64,000 nucleotides of DNA from Oscillospiraceae bacterium (GCA_045540255.1 JAZQGZ010000084.1:14042-78041); one strand, 5' to 3'; numbered from the stretch's first letter, positions 10,161 to 20,766 are shown. Program-made: numbers and translations. Notes: a model not told the origin generated them from the sequence alone.

Positions 10161-10865
10161 TCAAATACCGCCATATCTGCGATTGCGCGAAGCAAAGACC
10201 CCAACAGCGTATTCAAGATCCTTTTTTGTGAAATCGGGCCAAAGAACATCCATAAAGACGAATTCTGCATAGGCTGCCTGCCATATCAGAAAATTCGAAA
10301 GTCGTTCTTCTCCACTGGGACGGATAACAAGGTCAAGCGGAGGCATTTCACTTGTATAAAGCCTCTGCTCTAACATATCTTCCGTAATATCCTCAGGTGA
10401 AATCTTTCCCTGAACAGCAAGAGAAGCAAGCTCTGCAGCCGCTTTGACGATCTCCGACCTGCCACCGTAATTCAAAGCTATAGCAGTTATAAAACCGTCA
10501 TTGTTCTTTGAATCACGCTGGATATCAATAAGCTCTTCCTGAATATCCTTATCAAACCGACTGATATCACCGATGATCACAATACGGATATTTTCCTTAG
10601 AAGCAGCACGAATATCCTTAATATACTGTCTTAACAGATTCATAATACCGCCGACTTCTTCAGGTGGACGCTTCCAGTTCTCTGTGGAGAACGCATAGAA
10701 AGTAGCACACTTAATGCCAAGCTCTCTACACCATTTGATTGTCTTTTTAAAAACCGCAGCACCTTGTTTATGACCCATATTACGGGGCAGACCACGTTTC
10801 TTCGCCCATCTGCCATTACCGTCCATAATAATTCCAACGTGCTGCGGAACAGAAATACTCTCCAT
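10161..10865 (-). CDS. uppS: Isoprenyl transferase (undecaprenyl diphosphate synthase)
   Basis: Motifs GIIMDGNGRWA and ERLSNFLIWQAAYAEF. The start overlaps the frr stop (TGATG). Confidence 0.95.
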   Translation of the reverse strand: MESISVPQHVGIIMDGNGRWAKKRGLPRNMGHKQGAAVFKKTIKWCRELGIKCATFYAFSTENWKRPPEEVGGIMNLLRQYIKDIRAASKENIRIVIIGDISRFDKDIQEELIDIQRDSKNNDGFITAIALNYGGRSEIVKAAAELASLAVQGKISPEDITEDMLEQRLYTSEMPPLDLVIRPSGEERLSNFLIWQAAYAEFVFMDVLWPDFTKKDLEYAVGVFASRNRRYGGI

Positions 10866-11419
10866 CAGATGGACATGATTTCCTTTTCCTTGATATCACC
10901 GATCTTATCTATCTCTTCGATGAATTTATCAGTGAGCTTCTGGATATTCTTCTCGCCATCCTTCTGATCATCTTCAGTGATCTCATTTGCCTTTTTCTTA
11001 GCCTTCAGCTTATCAAGCGCATCTCGACGAACATTACGAACTGCAACCTTGCTTTCCTCGCAGGTCTTGCTTACAGTCTTGGTGAGCTCCTTACGGCGCT
11101 CCTCTGTGAGCTGCGGGAAAACGATTCTGAGGCAACGACCATCATTTGTGGGGTTGATGCCCAGATCACTCGCCTGAATAGCCTTTTCGATAGACTTAAG
11201 AGAAGACGCGTCATAGGGAGATACGACAAGAATACGTGCCTCAGCAACAGAAATAGACGCCATCTGGTTTACAGGAGTCTCTGTGCCGTAATATTCAACA
11301 GTTATTCTGTCAAGCACACGGGGGTCAGCTCTGCCTGCACGGATGGTATTAAGCTCGCTTTCAAGCGCATTGATGCACTTGCCCATTCTCTCCTTGGTGT
11401 TATCCATGATCTCTTTCAT
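10865..11419 (-). CDS. frr: Ribosome recycling factor
   Basis: The protein MKEIMDNTKERMGKCINALESELNTIRAGRA... is Frr-like throughout. I chose the ATG at 11419 (GGAGAA upstream) over the ORF-track start at 11431. Confidence 0.93.
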   Translation of the reverse strand: MKEIMDNTKERMGKCINALESELNTIRAGRADPRVLDRITVEYYGTETPVNQMASISVAEARILVVSPYDASSLKSIEKAIQASDLGINPTNDGRCLRIVFPQLTEERRKELTKTVSKTCEESKVAVRNVRRDALDKLKAKKKANEITEDDQKDGEKNIQKLTDKFIEEIDKIGDIKEKEIMSI

Positions 11420-11478
11420 AATATTCTCCATTCTGCCGCTATACAGACGATGCTGAACGGCACTTAAAATTTAATTTA

Positions 11479-12210
11479 TCAAGTGGATTTATGCTTTGTA
11501 ACAAGAGTTCCCACAGGCTCGCCCATGACAGCATCAAGTATGTTATCAGGACGGCTGAGGTCAAATACGATAATAGGAATATTATTCTCGGTACAGATAG
11601 CTGCAGCAGCACTGTCCATTACCTGAAGCTTCTTTACAAGGATGTCGTGATGTGTTATTACATCATACTTTACGGCGTCAGGGAACTTCTTGGGATCCTT
11701 GTCGTAAATACCATCTACCATTGTTGCCTTGAGCAGTATATCTGCGCCAAGTTCGGCTGCACGAAGCGAAGCAGCACTGTCTGTAGAGAAGAACGGATTG
11801 CCTGTTCCGCATCCGAAAATAACAACTCTGCCCTTTTCAAGATGTCTGATAGCCTTACCGAGGATAAACGGCTCAGCCACCTGTTGCATCGTGATTGCAG
11901 TCTGCACACGTACTGTACAGCCCAGGCTTTCAAGTATGTCTGCAACAGCAAGTGCATTCATAGTAGTGGCAAGCATACCAATATGATCTGCGCGCGCCCT
12001 GTCCATACTGGGACTGCTTCTGCCACGCCAGAAATTACCGCCGCCTACTACAATACCGATCTCACAGCCTACGTCAACGCACTTCTTGATGCTTGCGCAG
12101 ATGTTTTCGATGGTGGGAATATCGAGACCGATCTTATTATCTCCCGCAAGCGCTTCACCGCTCAGCTTAAGGAGAACTCTTTTATACTTTGGTGTAACAG
12201 CATCTGACAT
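11479..12210 (-). CDS. pyrH: UMP kinase
   Basis: Motifs YKRVLLKLSGEAL and VVGGGNFWRG. The ATG at 12210 is preceded by GGGAGGT. Confidence 0.95.
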   Translation of the reverse strand: MSDAVTPKYKRVLLKLSGEALAGDNKIGLDIPTIENICASIKKCVDVGCEIGIVVGGGNFWRGRSSPSMDRARADHIGMLATTMNALAVADILESLGCTVRVQTAITMQQVAEPFILGKAIRHLEKGRVVIFGCGTGNPFFSTDSAASLRAAELGADILLKATMVDGIYDKDPKKFPDAVKYDVITHHDILVKKLQVMDSAAAAICTENNIPIIVFDLSRPDNILDAVMGEPVGTLVTKHKST

Positions 12211-12224
12211 AACGTTACCTCCCA

Positions 12225-13466
12225 TCAATAATCAAGCGCACGAATCCTGCCAAGCAGCTCACCGTGTTCGGTAAGCTTTGCAAGAGCGGAATTCACACTA
12301 CTCTCATCCATAACATCAACAATAAATGCGATCTCGTTATCGGGCATATTATTTCTGGACAGGAACTCAACGCCTTTAAATTCAGACTTTATAACAGCCT
12401 CAGCGGCTGCCTTATCGGATGCAGCAAAACGGATATAATTCGCACAGCTGAACTTATCAAAGCTGCGCACAAAGCTCTGCTCGCTATCCTTCCATGTAAG
12501 AGATATACTTGTTTTCTGATGCTTAGCGGCAGAAACGATATCTGATACAACTGCACTTGCCGTAGGCAGCTTTCCTGCGCCCTTGCCATAGAAAACTACG
12601 TCACCGGTAGCGTCGCCACGGACGAGGATAGCATTGAAGACATCATTAACACCTGCGAGCTGGCTGTCGTCCTTGATAACTGCGGGGAATACGCCGATGG
12701 ATATCTCTCCATCATCTTCCCTCTTTGCACAGCCGATGAGCTTTATCTTGCAATCACAGCTGTCACAGTAATTAACATCCTCAAGAGTCACCTTTGTGAT
12801 GCCCTCGGTATGAACATTCTCAGGGTAAACGTGCTTTCCGAATGCAAGAGAAGCAAGGATACAGATCTTACGGCAGGTATCGTGTCCGTCAACATCGGCC
12901 GAAGGATCACGCTCTGCATATCCGAGATCCTGTGCGATCTTAAGCGCTTCGTCAAAGCCCATACCGTCACGGATCATCTTAGTAAGGATAAAGTTAGTTG
13001 TACCATTAAGGATACCTGCGATCTCATCGATAGCGTTAGCCTCAAGACAGGTATGGATAGGCTTGATGATCGGAATGCCACCGCCTACGCTTGCCTCAAA
13101 GAAGAAGTTTACGTTCTTTTCCTTTGCAATCGCAAGAAGCTCAGCGCCCTTTGCAGCAACAAGCTCCTTGTTGGAGGTTACAACGCTCTTACCCGCCTCA
13201 AGAGCAGACTTTACATAAGGATAAGAGAACTTGAGTCCGCCAATAACCTCGGCGATGACCGTAACCTCAGGATCGTTGAGGATAATATCAAAATCCTTGA
13301 CGAACTTATCCTTGTAGGGGCTGTCATCAAAATCCCTGATGTCGAGAATGTACTTGATGTCAAGCTCCTGACCTGCTTTCTTTTCGAGGCTCTCTTTATT
13401 TTTATAGAACACCTCTACGGTACCGGAGCCAACAACGCCGTATCCCAGTACAGCTATCTTTACCAT
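12225..13466 (-). CDS. hom: Homoserine dehydrogenase with C-terminal ACT-like domain
   Basis: N-terminal Rossmann motif AVLGYGVVGSG, TSNKELVA, GILNGTTNFIL. The ATG at 13466 is preceded by GGAAAGGA. Confidence 0.9.
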   Translation of the reverse strand: MVKIAVLGYGVVGSGTVEVFYKNKESLEKKAGQELDIKYILDIRDFDDSPYKDKFVKDFDIILNDPEVTVIAEVIGGLKFSYPYVKSALEAGKSVVTSNKELVAAKGAELLAIAKEKNVNFFFEASVGGGIPIIKPIHTCLEANAIDEIAGILNGTTNFILTKMIRDGMGFDEALKIAQDLGYAERDPSADVDGHDTCRKICILASLAFGKHVYPENVHTEGITKVTLEDVNYCDSCDCKIKLIGCAKREDDGEISIGVFPAVIKDDSQLAGVNDVFNAILVRGDATGDVVFYGKGAGKLPTASAVVSDIVSAAKHQKTSISLTWKDSEQSFVRSFDKFSCANYIRFAASDKAAAEAVIKSEFKGVEFLSRNNMPDNEIAFIVDVMDESSVNSALAKLTEHGELLGRIRALDY

Positions 13467-13593
13467 GTGAAACATCCTTTCCAAAGCATCCATACGTTAC
13501 CGAAAGCCCAGTCACGCCGTAAACCGACGCTCCATGCGGCCAAACAGCCTGAAAAACGCAGAATACTCCCTTGTTATGTTTATTATCTTATAT

Positions 13594-13622
13594 ATTATAT
13601 CATAACGAAGCACATTTTGCAA
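13594..13622 (-). promoter_or_regulatory. sigmaA-type promoter for hom
   Basis: Minus strand: -35 TTGCAA (13622-13617), 17-nt spacer, -10 TATAAT (13599-13594). Confidence 0.4.
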
Positions 13623-13661
13623 GTAGTTTTTACCTGTTAAATCAATTTATGAAACAAACTG

Positions 13662-14660
13662 TTATTCTGCAAGCACTGCTTCAATACGTTCGATCTCTTC
13701 AGCAGTGAATTCACACTTATATGCAGCTTCGACATTGTCGACTATCTGCTGCGGACGTGAAGCGCCAATAAGCACGGTAGTAACAGCAGGATTGCTGAGC
13801 ACCCATGACAACGCCATCTGTGAAAGCTTCTGTCCTCTGTCTGCCGCAATGCTGTTAAGCTTGTTGAGTTTTGCGACCATAACGTCATTTAGCTCATTTT
13901 TTATCCAGGTTCTTCCTTTTCCAACTCTGGAGTCCTCGGGAATACCGTTCAGATAACGGTCTGTAAGCAAGCCCTGATACAACGGAGAGAACACAGCAAG
14001 ACCAAAGCCCTGCTCAAGAGCGAATTTATCCAGTTCATTACGCTCGATCCAACGGTTTAACATAGAATAGCTGGGCTGATTTACTATAAAAGGAGTACGA
14101 AGCTCCTTGAAGATCTTAAGTATCTCAGCTGTCTGCTCCTTATTGTAGTTGGAAATTCCCACATAAAGCGCTTTGCCTTGTCTTACGATGTGATCGAGTG
14201 CGAGTGCAGTTTCTTCAATCGGTGTTTCACCGGGATCGGGAACATGGTGATAGAAAATATCAACATACTCAAGCCCCATGCGTTTAAGCGACTGGTCGAG
14301 CGAGGAGATCAGATACTTACGTGAGCCATTCTTGTCGCCGTAAGGTCCAGACCACATATCGTAGCCAGCCTTTGTGGAGATACAAAGCTCGTCACGGTAG
14401 TTTCTCAGTCCACGGTCGAGGATCTTGCCGAAATTCTCCTCAGCCGAGCCATTGTAAGGGTTTCCATAGTTGTTTGCGAGATCGAAGTGCGTGATACCCA
14501 GATCAAATGCAGTATGTACCATATTCTCCATATTGGAGAAGTTGTCAAGATAGCCGAAATTCTGCCAGAGCCCCAGAGAAACAGCAGAAAGCTTAAGTCC
14601 GCTTTTTCCACAGCGGTTGTAGATCATCTTTTCATAACGGTGCTCATTGGGTGTGTACAT
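13662..14660 (-). CDS. Aldo/keto reductase (YghZ/Gpr-like)
   Basis: 332 aa. AKR features: GLWQNFG, HFDLANNYG, ISTKAG, C-terminal GASRPQQ. Confidence 0.85.
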   Translation of the reverse strand: MYTPNEHRYEKMIYNRCGKSGLKLSAVSLGLWQNFGYLDNFSNMENMVHTAFDLGITHFDLANNYGNPYNGSAEENFGKILDRGLRNYRDELCISTKAGYDMWSGPYGDKNGSRKYLISSLDQSLKRMGLEYVDIFYHHVPDPGETPIEETALALDHIVRQGKALYVGISNYNKEQTAEILKIFKELRTPFIVNQPSYSMLNRWIERNELDKFALEQGFGLAVFSPLYQGLLTDRYLNGIPEDSRVGKGRTWIKNELNDVMVAKLNKLNSIAADRGQKLSQMALSWVLSNPAVTTVLIGASRPQQIVDNVEAAYKCEFTAEEIERIEAVLAE

Positions 14661-14769
14661 AGTGTTTCCTCCTTGATATCATTAATTTATGTTGCGGGAT
14701 TAATAAAGACATAATACGAAAAGCTGACTCATATCATTTACAGTAACTAACACATTCTGGAGGTACAAA

Positions 14770-15690
14770 ATGAATGAGTATCTGCCCGAGGGCTTTTTAT
14801 TACGGACCGCAGAAAACCAAAACTATCTGCGATCATATTTTACACTGCTTGACGCTCTGAACGAAGAACGTATTCTTGAAGCGCCGTGTATAGTGTGCGA
14901 CAGTAAGCATAATCTTATCGTTGATCTTGGTTGTATGCGAGGGGTCATCCCACGCGAAGACGGTGCAATAGGCATATCGGAAGGCACCACTAAAGACATC
15001 GCGCTCATATCAAGGGTCAACAAGCCTGTATGCTTTAAAGTAACCAATTTCAAGCGCGACGAGAATGATCGCATCTATGCGATACTCTCCAGAAAAAGCG
15101 CACAAACCGAGTGCCTGAACAATTATCTTAAATCGCTGATCCCGGGAGATGTGATCCCTGCCAGAGTAACACATCTTGAACAATTCGGAGCTTTTGTGGA
15201 TATAGGATGCGGAGTTCCTTCGCTGATTCCTATCGACCTTATCTCAGTGTCAAGAATATCTCATCCGTCAGACAGATTTTATGTAGGCCAGAAGATAAAC
15301 GCGATCGTAAAATCCATTGAAGAAAGCAGGATATGCTTGACACACAAGGAGTTGCTGGGAACATGGGAACAAAACGCCAGCCGTTTTGAACAAGGCGAAA
15401 CTGTAACCGGCATCGTCCGTTCGATCGAGGATTATGGTATCTTTGTTGAGCTTGCGCCGAACCTTGCAGGCCTTGCCGAACCACGCCAGGGGATATCTGT
15501 CAACAGCCATGCAAGCGTATACATAAAGGCTATCATTCCCGAAAAGATGAAGATAAAGCTCATCATCGTGAGCACCTCTGATAATACATACTCGGATAAT
15601 GAGCTTGACTATTTTATAAACTCAGGTCACGTCGATAGCTGGATATACTCGAGCGCCGCATCAGAAAAACTTGTCAGGACTGATTTTTGA
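14770..15690 (+). CDS. S1 RNA-binding domain protein (multiple S1 repeats)
   Basis: 306 aa. Repeated S1-like segments (GDVIPARVTHLEQFGAFVDIG; GETVTGIVRSIEDYGIFVELA). Confidence 0.7.
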   Translation: MNEYLPEGFLLRTAENQNYLRSYFTLLDALNEERILEAPCIVCDSKHNLIVDLGCMRGVIPREDGAIGISEGTTKDIALISRVNKPVCFKVTNFKRDENDRIYAILSRKSAQTECLNNYLKSLIPGDVIPARVTHLEQFGAFVDIGCGVPSLIPIDLISVSRISHPSDRFYVGQKINAIVKSIEESRICLTHKELLGTWEQNASRFEQGETVTGIVRSIEDYGIFVELAPNLAGLAEPRQGISVNSHASVYIKAIIPEKMKIKLIIVSTSDNTYSDNELDYFINSGHVDSWIYSSAASEKLVRTDF

Positions 15691-16924
15691 TCTTTTTCCA
15701 GTATTCCTGTGCACCTTTTTCATGTTTATTATCGCCATAAGTATAATAGATCCTGTCCTTGAGGCTGTCGGGCAGATATTGCTGCTGTACCCAATGATTG
15801 GGATAGTCATGTGGATACAGATAGTGCTGACCTTTAACCTTCGCATCGATTCCGTCACAATGCTCATTCTGGAGATGCCGCGGAAAATCGCCGACCTCAC
15901 CGTTCTCGATATCAGCCATAGCATTGGCTATCGCCATATAAGCGCTGTTGGATTTCGGTGCTGTCGCAAGCAGAATCACAGCCTCGGCGAGAGGTATCCG
16001 TGCCTCGGGAAGCCCTAACTGCATAGCACTGTCAACGCACGCCTTTACGATAGGAACCGCCTGCGGATAAGCCAGGCCGATGTCCTCGGAAGCGATCACA
16101 AGCAGCCTTCTTGACAGCGATATGATATCGCCCGCTGCAATAAGCCTCGCAGCATAATGTATCGCAGCATTTTCATCCGAACCACGGATAGACTTCTGAA
16201 GCGCTGACAAAAGATCATAATGCTGGTCCCCATCACGATCATAGCGCATATTGCTGCGCTGCGTAAGCTCCTGAGCAAGCTCAAGAGTCACATTACCGTC
16301 AACAGCTGTAAGCGCACAAAGCTCCACTGTATTGAGGGATTTTCTCACATCTCCCCCGCAGCCACGACTGATGTACCTGACAGCTTCATCGTCAAGATGA
16401 TACTGGATATTATTCTCCTCGGAAAGGACTGCAAAGCCCCGACGGATAGCCTTTTCAAGCTCTTCAGGAGAAACAGGCTTGAACTCAAACACTGTGCTTC
16501 GGGACAGGATAGCATTGTAAACATAGAAATACGGATTTTCTGTAGTCGAAGCAATAAGCGTAATGCTTCCGTCCTCGATATACTCAAGCAGGCTCTGCTG
16601 CTGCTTTTTATTGAGGTATTGTATCTCGTCGAGATACAGCAGTATACCGCTGCTGCCGAAAAAAGTGTCTATCTCGGATACGATACTCTTTATATCGGCA
16701 GTAGACGCAGAAGTTCCATTGAGCTTGTGCAGCCGCATATTTGCTGAATCTGCAATAATACGGGCTATCGTAGTTTTTCCGACTCCCGAAGGACCGTAAA
16801 AGATCATGTTAGGTATCTTCCCCGACTCTATGACACGGGAAAGAGGCTTGTTATTACCAATCAAATGGGATTGCCCCACTACATCATTTAATGTGGTGGG
16901 GCGAATTCTGTCTGCTAAAGGCAT
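15674..16924 (-). CDS. rarA: Replication-associated recombination protein A (AAA ATPase RarA/MgsA)
   Basis: 416 aa. Walker A GPSGVGKTT, Walker B LYLDEIQ, C-terminal MgsA domain (SALQKSIRGSD, YLYPHDY). Confidence 0.92.
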   Translation of the reverse strand: MPLADRIRPTTLNDVVGQSHLIGNNKPLSRVIESGKIPNMIFYGPSGVGKTTIARIIADSANMRLHKLNGTSASTADIKSIVSEIDTFFGSSGILLYLDEIQYLNKKQQQSLLEYIEDGSITLIASTTENPYFYVYNAILSRSTVFEFKPVSPEELEKAIRRGFAVLSEENNIQYHLDDEAVRYISRGCGGDVRKSLNTVELCALTAVDGNVTLELAQELTQRSNMRYDRDGDQHYDLLSALQKSIRGSDENAAIHYAARLIAAGDIISLSRRLLVIASEDIGLAYPQAVPIVKACVDSAMQLGLPEARIPLAEAVILLATAPKSNSAYMAIANAMADIENGEVGDFPRHLQNEHCDGIDAKVKGQHYLYPHDYPNHWVQQQYLPDSLKDRIYYTYGDNKHEKGAQEYWKKIKNQS

Positions 16925-16926
16925 AA

Positions 16927-18078
16927 TTATAATCCTCTGTGCTCCTTAAGAAGAGCGTTAATCTTTGCAAGGGGGTCAATAGCATTGCTGATAGAAGTAT
17001 CATGGTTGATTGAAGCGATGAAATAAGCAATATACTTGGATACATCGACCTCATGGAACCACTCTCTGCTAAGAAGCTCAGGAGAACGATAGGTAAGGTT
17101 AGTGCCAAGAACACCGTCAATAACTCCGTCAGCATAAGCCTTATCAAAGGACTCAAGTCCGCTTGTAAACATACCGTAAGTAGCGTAAGCAAATACTCTC
17201 TTTGCCTTACGCTCTTTCATCTCTCTGGCGATATCAAGCATCGACTCACCGGAAGCGATGATATCATCAGCTACAAAGACATCCTTACCCTCAACGGAGG
17301 TTCCGAGATACTCATGTGCAACGATGGGATTTCTACCATTCACGATAGTAGAATAGTCACGGCGCTTGTAGCACATACCGAGATCAACACCCATTACGGA
17401 AGCATAGAACATATTTCTGTTCATAGCACCCTCATCAGGGCTTACGACCATAAAGTGGTCCTTATTTACGTTGATATCGGGGAACGCCTTAAGCAGAGAC
17501 TTAAGAACCTGATAGGAAGGCATGATGTTATCAAAGCCCATGAGCGGAACAGCGTTGCATACTCTGGGATCATGAGCGTCAACAGTGATTACATTTGAAA
17601 CGCCCATGCGCTGCAGCTCCTGAAGTGCCACAGCACAGTCAAGAGACTCACGGTAGCTTCTTCTGTGCTGTCTGCCGCCGTAAAGGAGAGGCATGATAAC
17701 GTTGATTCTATGAGGCTTACCGCTGGCAGCCTGAATGATACGCATAAGGTCCATGTAGTGATCGTCAGGGCTCATAGAGTTCTCCTGTCCGAACAGCTTG
17801 TACTTGCAGTTGTAGTTTCCTACATCCACGAGAATAAACAGATCCTTACCTCTTACAGTGCTCTTGATAAGACCCTTGGCATCGCCAGTCTGGAATCTGG
17901 GGCACTCGCACTCGATCATGAAATCATCGTGCTTCTGACCGTTCCTGTCAGCCCATCTCTCAAGATAGCCGTTGATCTTTGCACCAAGCTCCTGCGTGCC
18001 GTTCATGGCAATAAGTCCGAGAGGTGCTACGGAGTTATAGTTTTTATAAAGCACCTCGGTATTCTTTATGTTTGTCAT
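16927..18078 (-). CDS. prs: Ribose-phosphate diphosphokinase (long form)
   Basis: 383 aa. Motifs VDAHDPRV, SPDEGAMNR and the PRPP-binding loop VADDIIASGESM. Confidence 0.85.
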   Translation of the reverse strand: MTNIKNTEVLYKNYNSVAPLGLIAMNGTQELGAKINGYLERWADRNGQKHDDFMIECECPRFQTGDAKGLIKSTVRGKDLFILVDVGNYNCKYKLFGQENSMSPDDHYMDLMRIIQAASGKPHRINVIMPLLYGGRQHRRSYRESLDCAVALQELQRMGVSNVITVDAHDPRVCNAVPLMGFDNIMPSYQVLKSLLKAFPDINVNKDHFMVVSPDEGAMNRNMFYASVMGVDLGMCYKRRDYSTIVNGRNPIVAHEYLGTSVEGKDVFVADDIIASGESMLDIAREMKERKAKRVFAYATYGMFTSGLESFDKAYADGVIDGVLGTNLTYRSPELLSREWFHEVDVSKYIAYFIASINHDTSISNAIDPLAKINALLKEHRGL

Positions 18079-18111
18079 CTCTTAAACTTCCTTTATTATG
18101 TTATCTTTTTA

Positions 18112-19362
18112 TCAGTAAAGGGGATACTTCTCGCAGATCTCTGTAACCATGCCGCGAACCTTTTCCTTATTGCCCTCGAAATCCTTGGAGATAAGATAGA
18201 TGCACTCGCCGATAGTCTTCATATCATCTTCAACAAGCCCTCTTGTTGTAACTGCAGGTGTACCGATTCTTACACCGGATGTAAGTGCAGGCTTCTGAGG
18301 ATCGTTGGGGATAGCGTTCTTATTGAGAGTGATGTAGCACTCATCACAGTTATTCTGAAGATCCTTACCGGTAATACCAAAGGGACGGAGATCAACAAGC
18401 ATAAGATGGTTGTCTGTGCCGCCCGAAACAAGGTTGAAGCCCTTTTCAAGCAGAGTATCAGCAAGAACCTTAGCATTCTTTACGATCTGCTCACCGTAAG
18501 TCTTGAACTCGGGCTTGAGCGCCTCGCCGAAGCAAACCGCCTTACCAGCGATAACGTGCATAAGAGGACCACCCTGTGTGCCAGGGAAAATAGCAGAGTC
18601 GATCTTCTTTGCAAGATACTCGTTATTTGTAAGGATAAGACCGCCTCTGGGACCACGCAGTGTCTTATGTGTGGTTGTTGTAACGATATCAGCGTAAGGA
18701 ACAGGGCTCATGTGTACACCTGCTGCAACAAGACCTGCAATATGAGCCATATCTACCATAAGATATGCGCCTACTGCTCTTGCAATAGAGGAGAGCTTGA
18801 CAAAATCAATTGCACGGGGATATGCAGAAGCACCTGCTACAATGAGCTTGGGCTTGCACTTGTTAGCCTGCTTGTAGAGTTCCTCGTAATCGATGAAACC
18901 ATCGTCGTTTGTGCCATAAGGAACGAAGTTATAGATCTTACCCGAAATATTAACAGGAGAACCATGTGTGAGGTGACCACCGTGAGCAAGGCTCATGCCC
19001 ATTACCGTATCGCCGGGCTGAAGCAGTGCAACATATACAGCAGTGTTAGCCTGCGCACCGGAATGTGCCTGAACATTGGCATACTTAGCACCGAAGAGCT
19101 TCTTGGCACGCTCGATAGCGATGGTCTCTACGATGTCAACATCCTCGCATCCGCCGTAGTATCTCTTACCGGGATAGCCCTCGGCATACTTGTTTGTGAG
19201 AACACTGCCCATAGCAGCCATAACAGCGGGAGAAACGATGTTCTCGCTGGCGATAAGCTCAAGGTTTCTCTTCTGGCGGGAAAGCTCCAGGCCCATTGCA
19301 TCGGCAACTTCCTTGTCATACTGACCGAGGAAGCCGATGGAATCCATTAAATCGTTGTACAT
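18112..19362 (-). CDS. glyA: Serine hydroxymethyltransferase
   Basis: Motifs [11 protein letters not shown] and [13 protein letters not shown] (PLP lysine). The ATG at 19362 is preceded by AAAGGAG at 7 nt. The ORF-track start at 19407 lacks an RBS. Confidence 0.97.
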   Translation of the reverse strand: MYNDLMDSIGFLGQYDKEVADAMGLELSRQKRNLELIASENIVSPAVMAAMGSVLTNKYAEGYPGKRYYGGCEDVDIVETIAIERAKKLFGAKYANVQAHSGAQANTAVYVALLQPGDTVMGMSLAHGGHLTHGSPVNISGKIYNFVPYGTNDDGFIDYEELYKQANKCKPKLIVAGASAYPRAIDFVKLSSIARAVGAYLMVDMAHIAGLVAAGVHMSPVPYADIVTTTTHKTLRGPRGGLILTNNEYLAKKIDSAIFPGTQGGPLMHVIAGKAVCFGEALKPEFKTYGEQIVKNAKVLADTLLEKGFNLVSGGTDNHLMLVDLRPFGITGKDLQNNCDECYITLNKNAIPNDPQKPALTSGVRIGTPAVTTRGLVEDDMKTIGECIYLISKDFEGNKEKVRGMVTEICEKYPLY

Positions 19363-19512
19363 ACAGGTACTCCTTTCAAATTCCGAAAAATATACAGCAC
19401 AAAACACGGTAGATTGTTTTTACTACGCCATGCGAGGGTGAAAACTTACCGCCATCCGCAGCACGGAACCAAATAAAAACGAAATAACACAGTTTTAAAA
19501 AAAGCTACTCCA

Positions 19513-19541
19513 ATTATAACCTAAATCCGAATTAATTGCAA
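19513..19541 (-). promoter_or_regulatory. sigmaA-type promoter for glyA
   Basis: Minus strand: -35 TTGCAA (19541-19536), 17-nt spacer, -10 TATAAT (19518-19513). This gives a leader of about 145 nt. Confidence 0.45.
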
Positions 19542-19590
19542 GTAATTTTTTGAAATTTGATAAAAAACTATTATTTTCTTCATAAATGTC

Positions 19591-19630
19591 AAAACACCGG
19601 GAAAAGATAACGTTTTCTCGGTGTTTTTTT
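19591..19630 (-). terminator. Rho-independent terminator after leuB (hairpin flanked by A/T runs on both sides)
   Basis: Stem CACCGGGAAAA/TTTTCTCGGTG (one G-U pair). TTTT follows on the minus strand and T7 on the plus strand. Confidence 0.55.
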
Positions 19631-19656
19631 CATAACTGAACAAGGAAGCGCTCGCT

Positions 19657-20739
19657 TCAGATACGGTCTCCGATCATGTCGCCCATCTCTGAGCACGAAA
19701 CCAAGATCATGCCCTCGGACATGATATCACCCGTTCTGTATCCTGCTTCAAGCACGTCATTCACAGCACGCTCAATAGCATCGGCTTCCTCTGCCATATC
19801 AAAGGAGTATCTCAGCATCATAGCAGCGGAAAGTATCGTCGCAATAGGATTAGCCTTATTCTGTCCTGCGATGTCTGGAGCGGAGCCTCCGCTCGGCTCA
19901 TACAGACCGAATTTGGTTTCATTCATGCTTGCCGAAGCCAGCATACCGATAGAGCCCGTGATCATGGAGGCCTCATCAGACAGGATATCACCAAACATAT
20001 TCTCTGTCACCATAACATCGAACTGTGCAGGATCCTTTACAAGCTGCATAGCACAGTTATCTACAAGCATGTGCTCATAAGTGACCTCAGGATAATCCTT
20101 TGCTACCTCCTCAATGACCTTTCGCCATAAGCGCGAGGAATCAAGAACATTCGCCTTGTCAACGCTGGTAACTTTCTTTCCTCGCTGCATAGCAACATCA
20201 AATGCCTTAACTGCAATACGGCGTATCTCGTTCTCATCATACTTAAGTGTGTCGATAGCAGTCATAACGCCATCTACTTCCTCAGTCTTTCTTTCTCCGA
20301 AATACAGACCACCCGTAAGCTCGCGCATAATAAGCATATCAAATCCCTTGGCACTTATCTCCTCTTTCAGCGGGCACGCTCCCGCAAGCTGCGGAAACAG
20401 AACACAGGGACGAAGATTTGCAAAAAGCCCGAGAGCCTTGCGCAGACCTAACAGACCCGCCTCGGGACGGAGATCGGCAGGAAGCTTATACCAGGGCGAG
20501 GTAGATGTGTTTCCGCCGATGGAGCCCATAAGCACAGCATCGGAAGCCTTACAGCGAGCTATAGTATCATCAGTAAGCGGAACTCCATACGCATCAATGG
20601 AACAGCCACCCATAAGAAGCTGCTCATAATTGAATTTGTGGCCGTATTTCTGTGCAACTCTGTCCAGCACCTTCAAAGCCTCTGATACAATTTCGGGACC
20701 TATTCCGTCACCCTTGATCACAGCAATATTCTTTTCCAT
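19657..20739 (-). CDS. leuB: 3-isopropylmalate dehydrogenase
   Basis: 360 aa. Motifs [13 protein letters not shown] and [21 protein letters not shown]. Confidence 0.95.
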   Translation of the reverse strand: MEKNIAVIKGDGIGPEIVSEALKVLDRVAQKYGHKFNYEQLLMGGCSIDAYGVPLTDDTIARCKASDAVLMGSIGGNTSTSPWYKLPADLRPEAGLLGLRKALGLFANLRPCVLFPQLAGACPLKEEISAKGFDMLIMRELTGGLYFGERKTEEVDGVMTAIDTLKYDENEIRRIAVKAFDVAMQRGKKVTSVDKANVLDSSRLWRKVIEEVAKDYPEVTYEHMLVDNCAMQLVKDPAQFDVMVTENMFGDILSDEASMITGSIGMLASASMNETKFGLYEPSGGSAPDIAGQNKANPIATILSAAMMLRYSFDMAEEADAIERAVNDVLEAGYRTGDIMSEGMILVSCSEMGDMIGDRI

Positions 20740-20766
20740 AAAAAATCCCTTTCACAAAAAGAAACA

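Noticed and set aside
12810-13640. 276-aa plus-strand ORF
   Set aside because: It is antisense to hom and runs through the hom promoter region. It is a shadow ORF.
17665-19350. 561-aa ORF on the plus strand
   Set aside because: It lies entirely antisense to glyA and prs, whose identities are unambiguous. Its translation is Cys/Leu/Val-rich low-complexity sequence. It is a typical shadow ORF.
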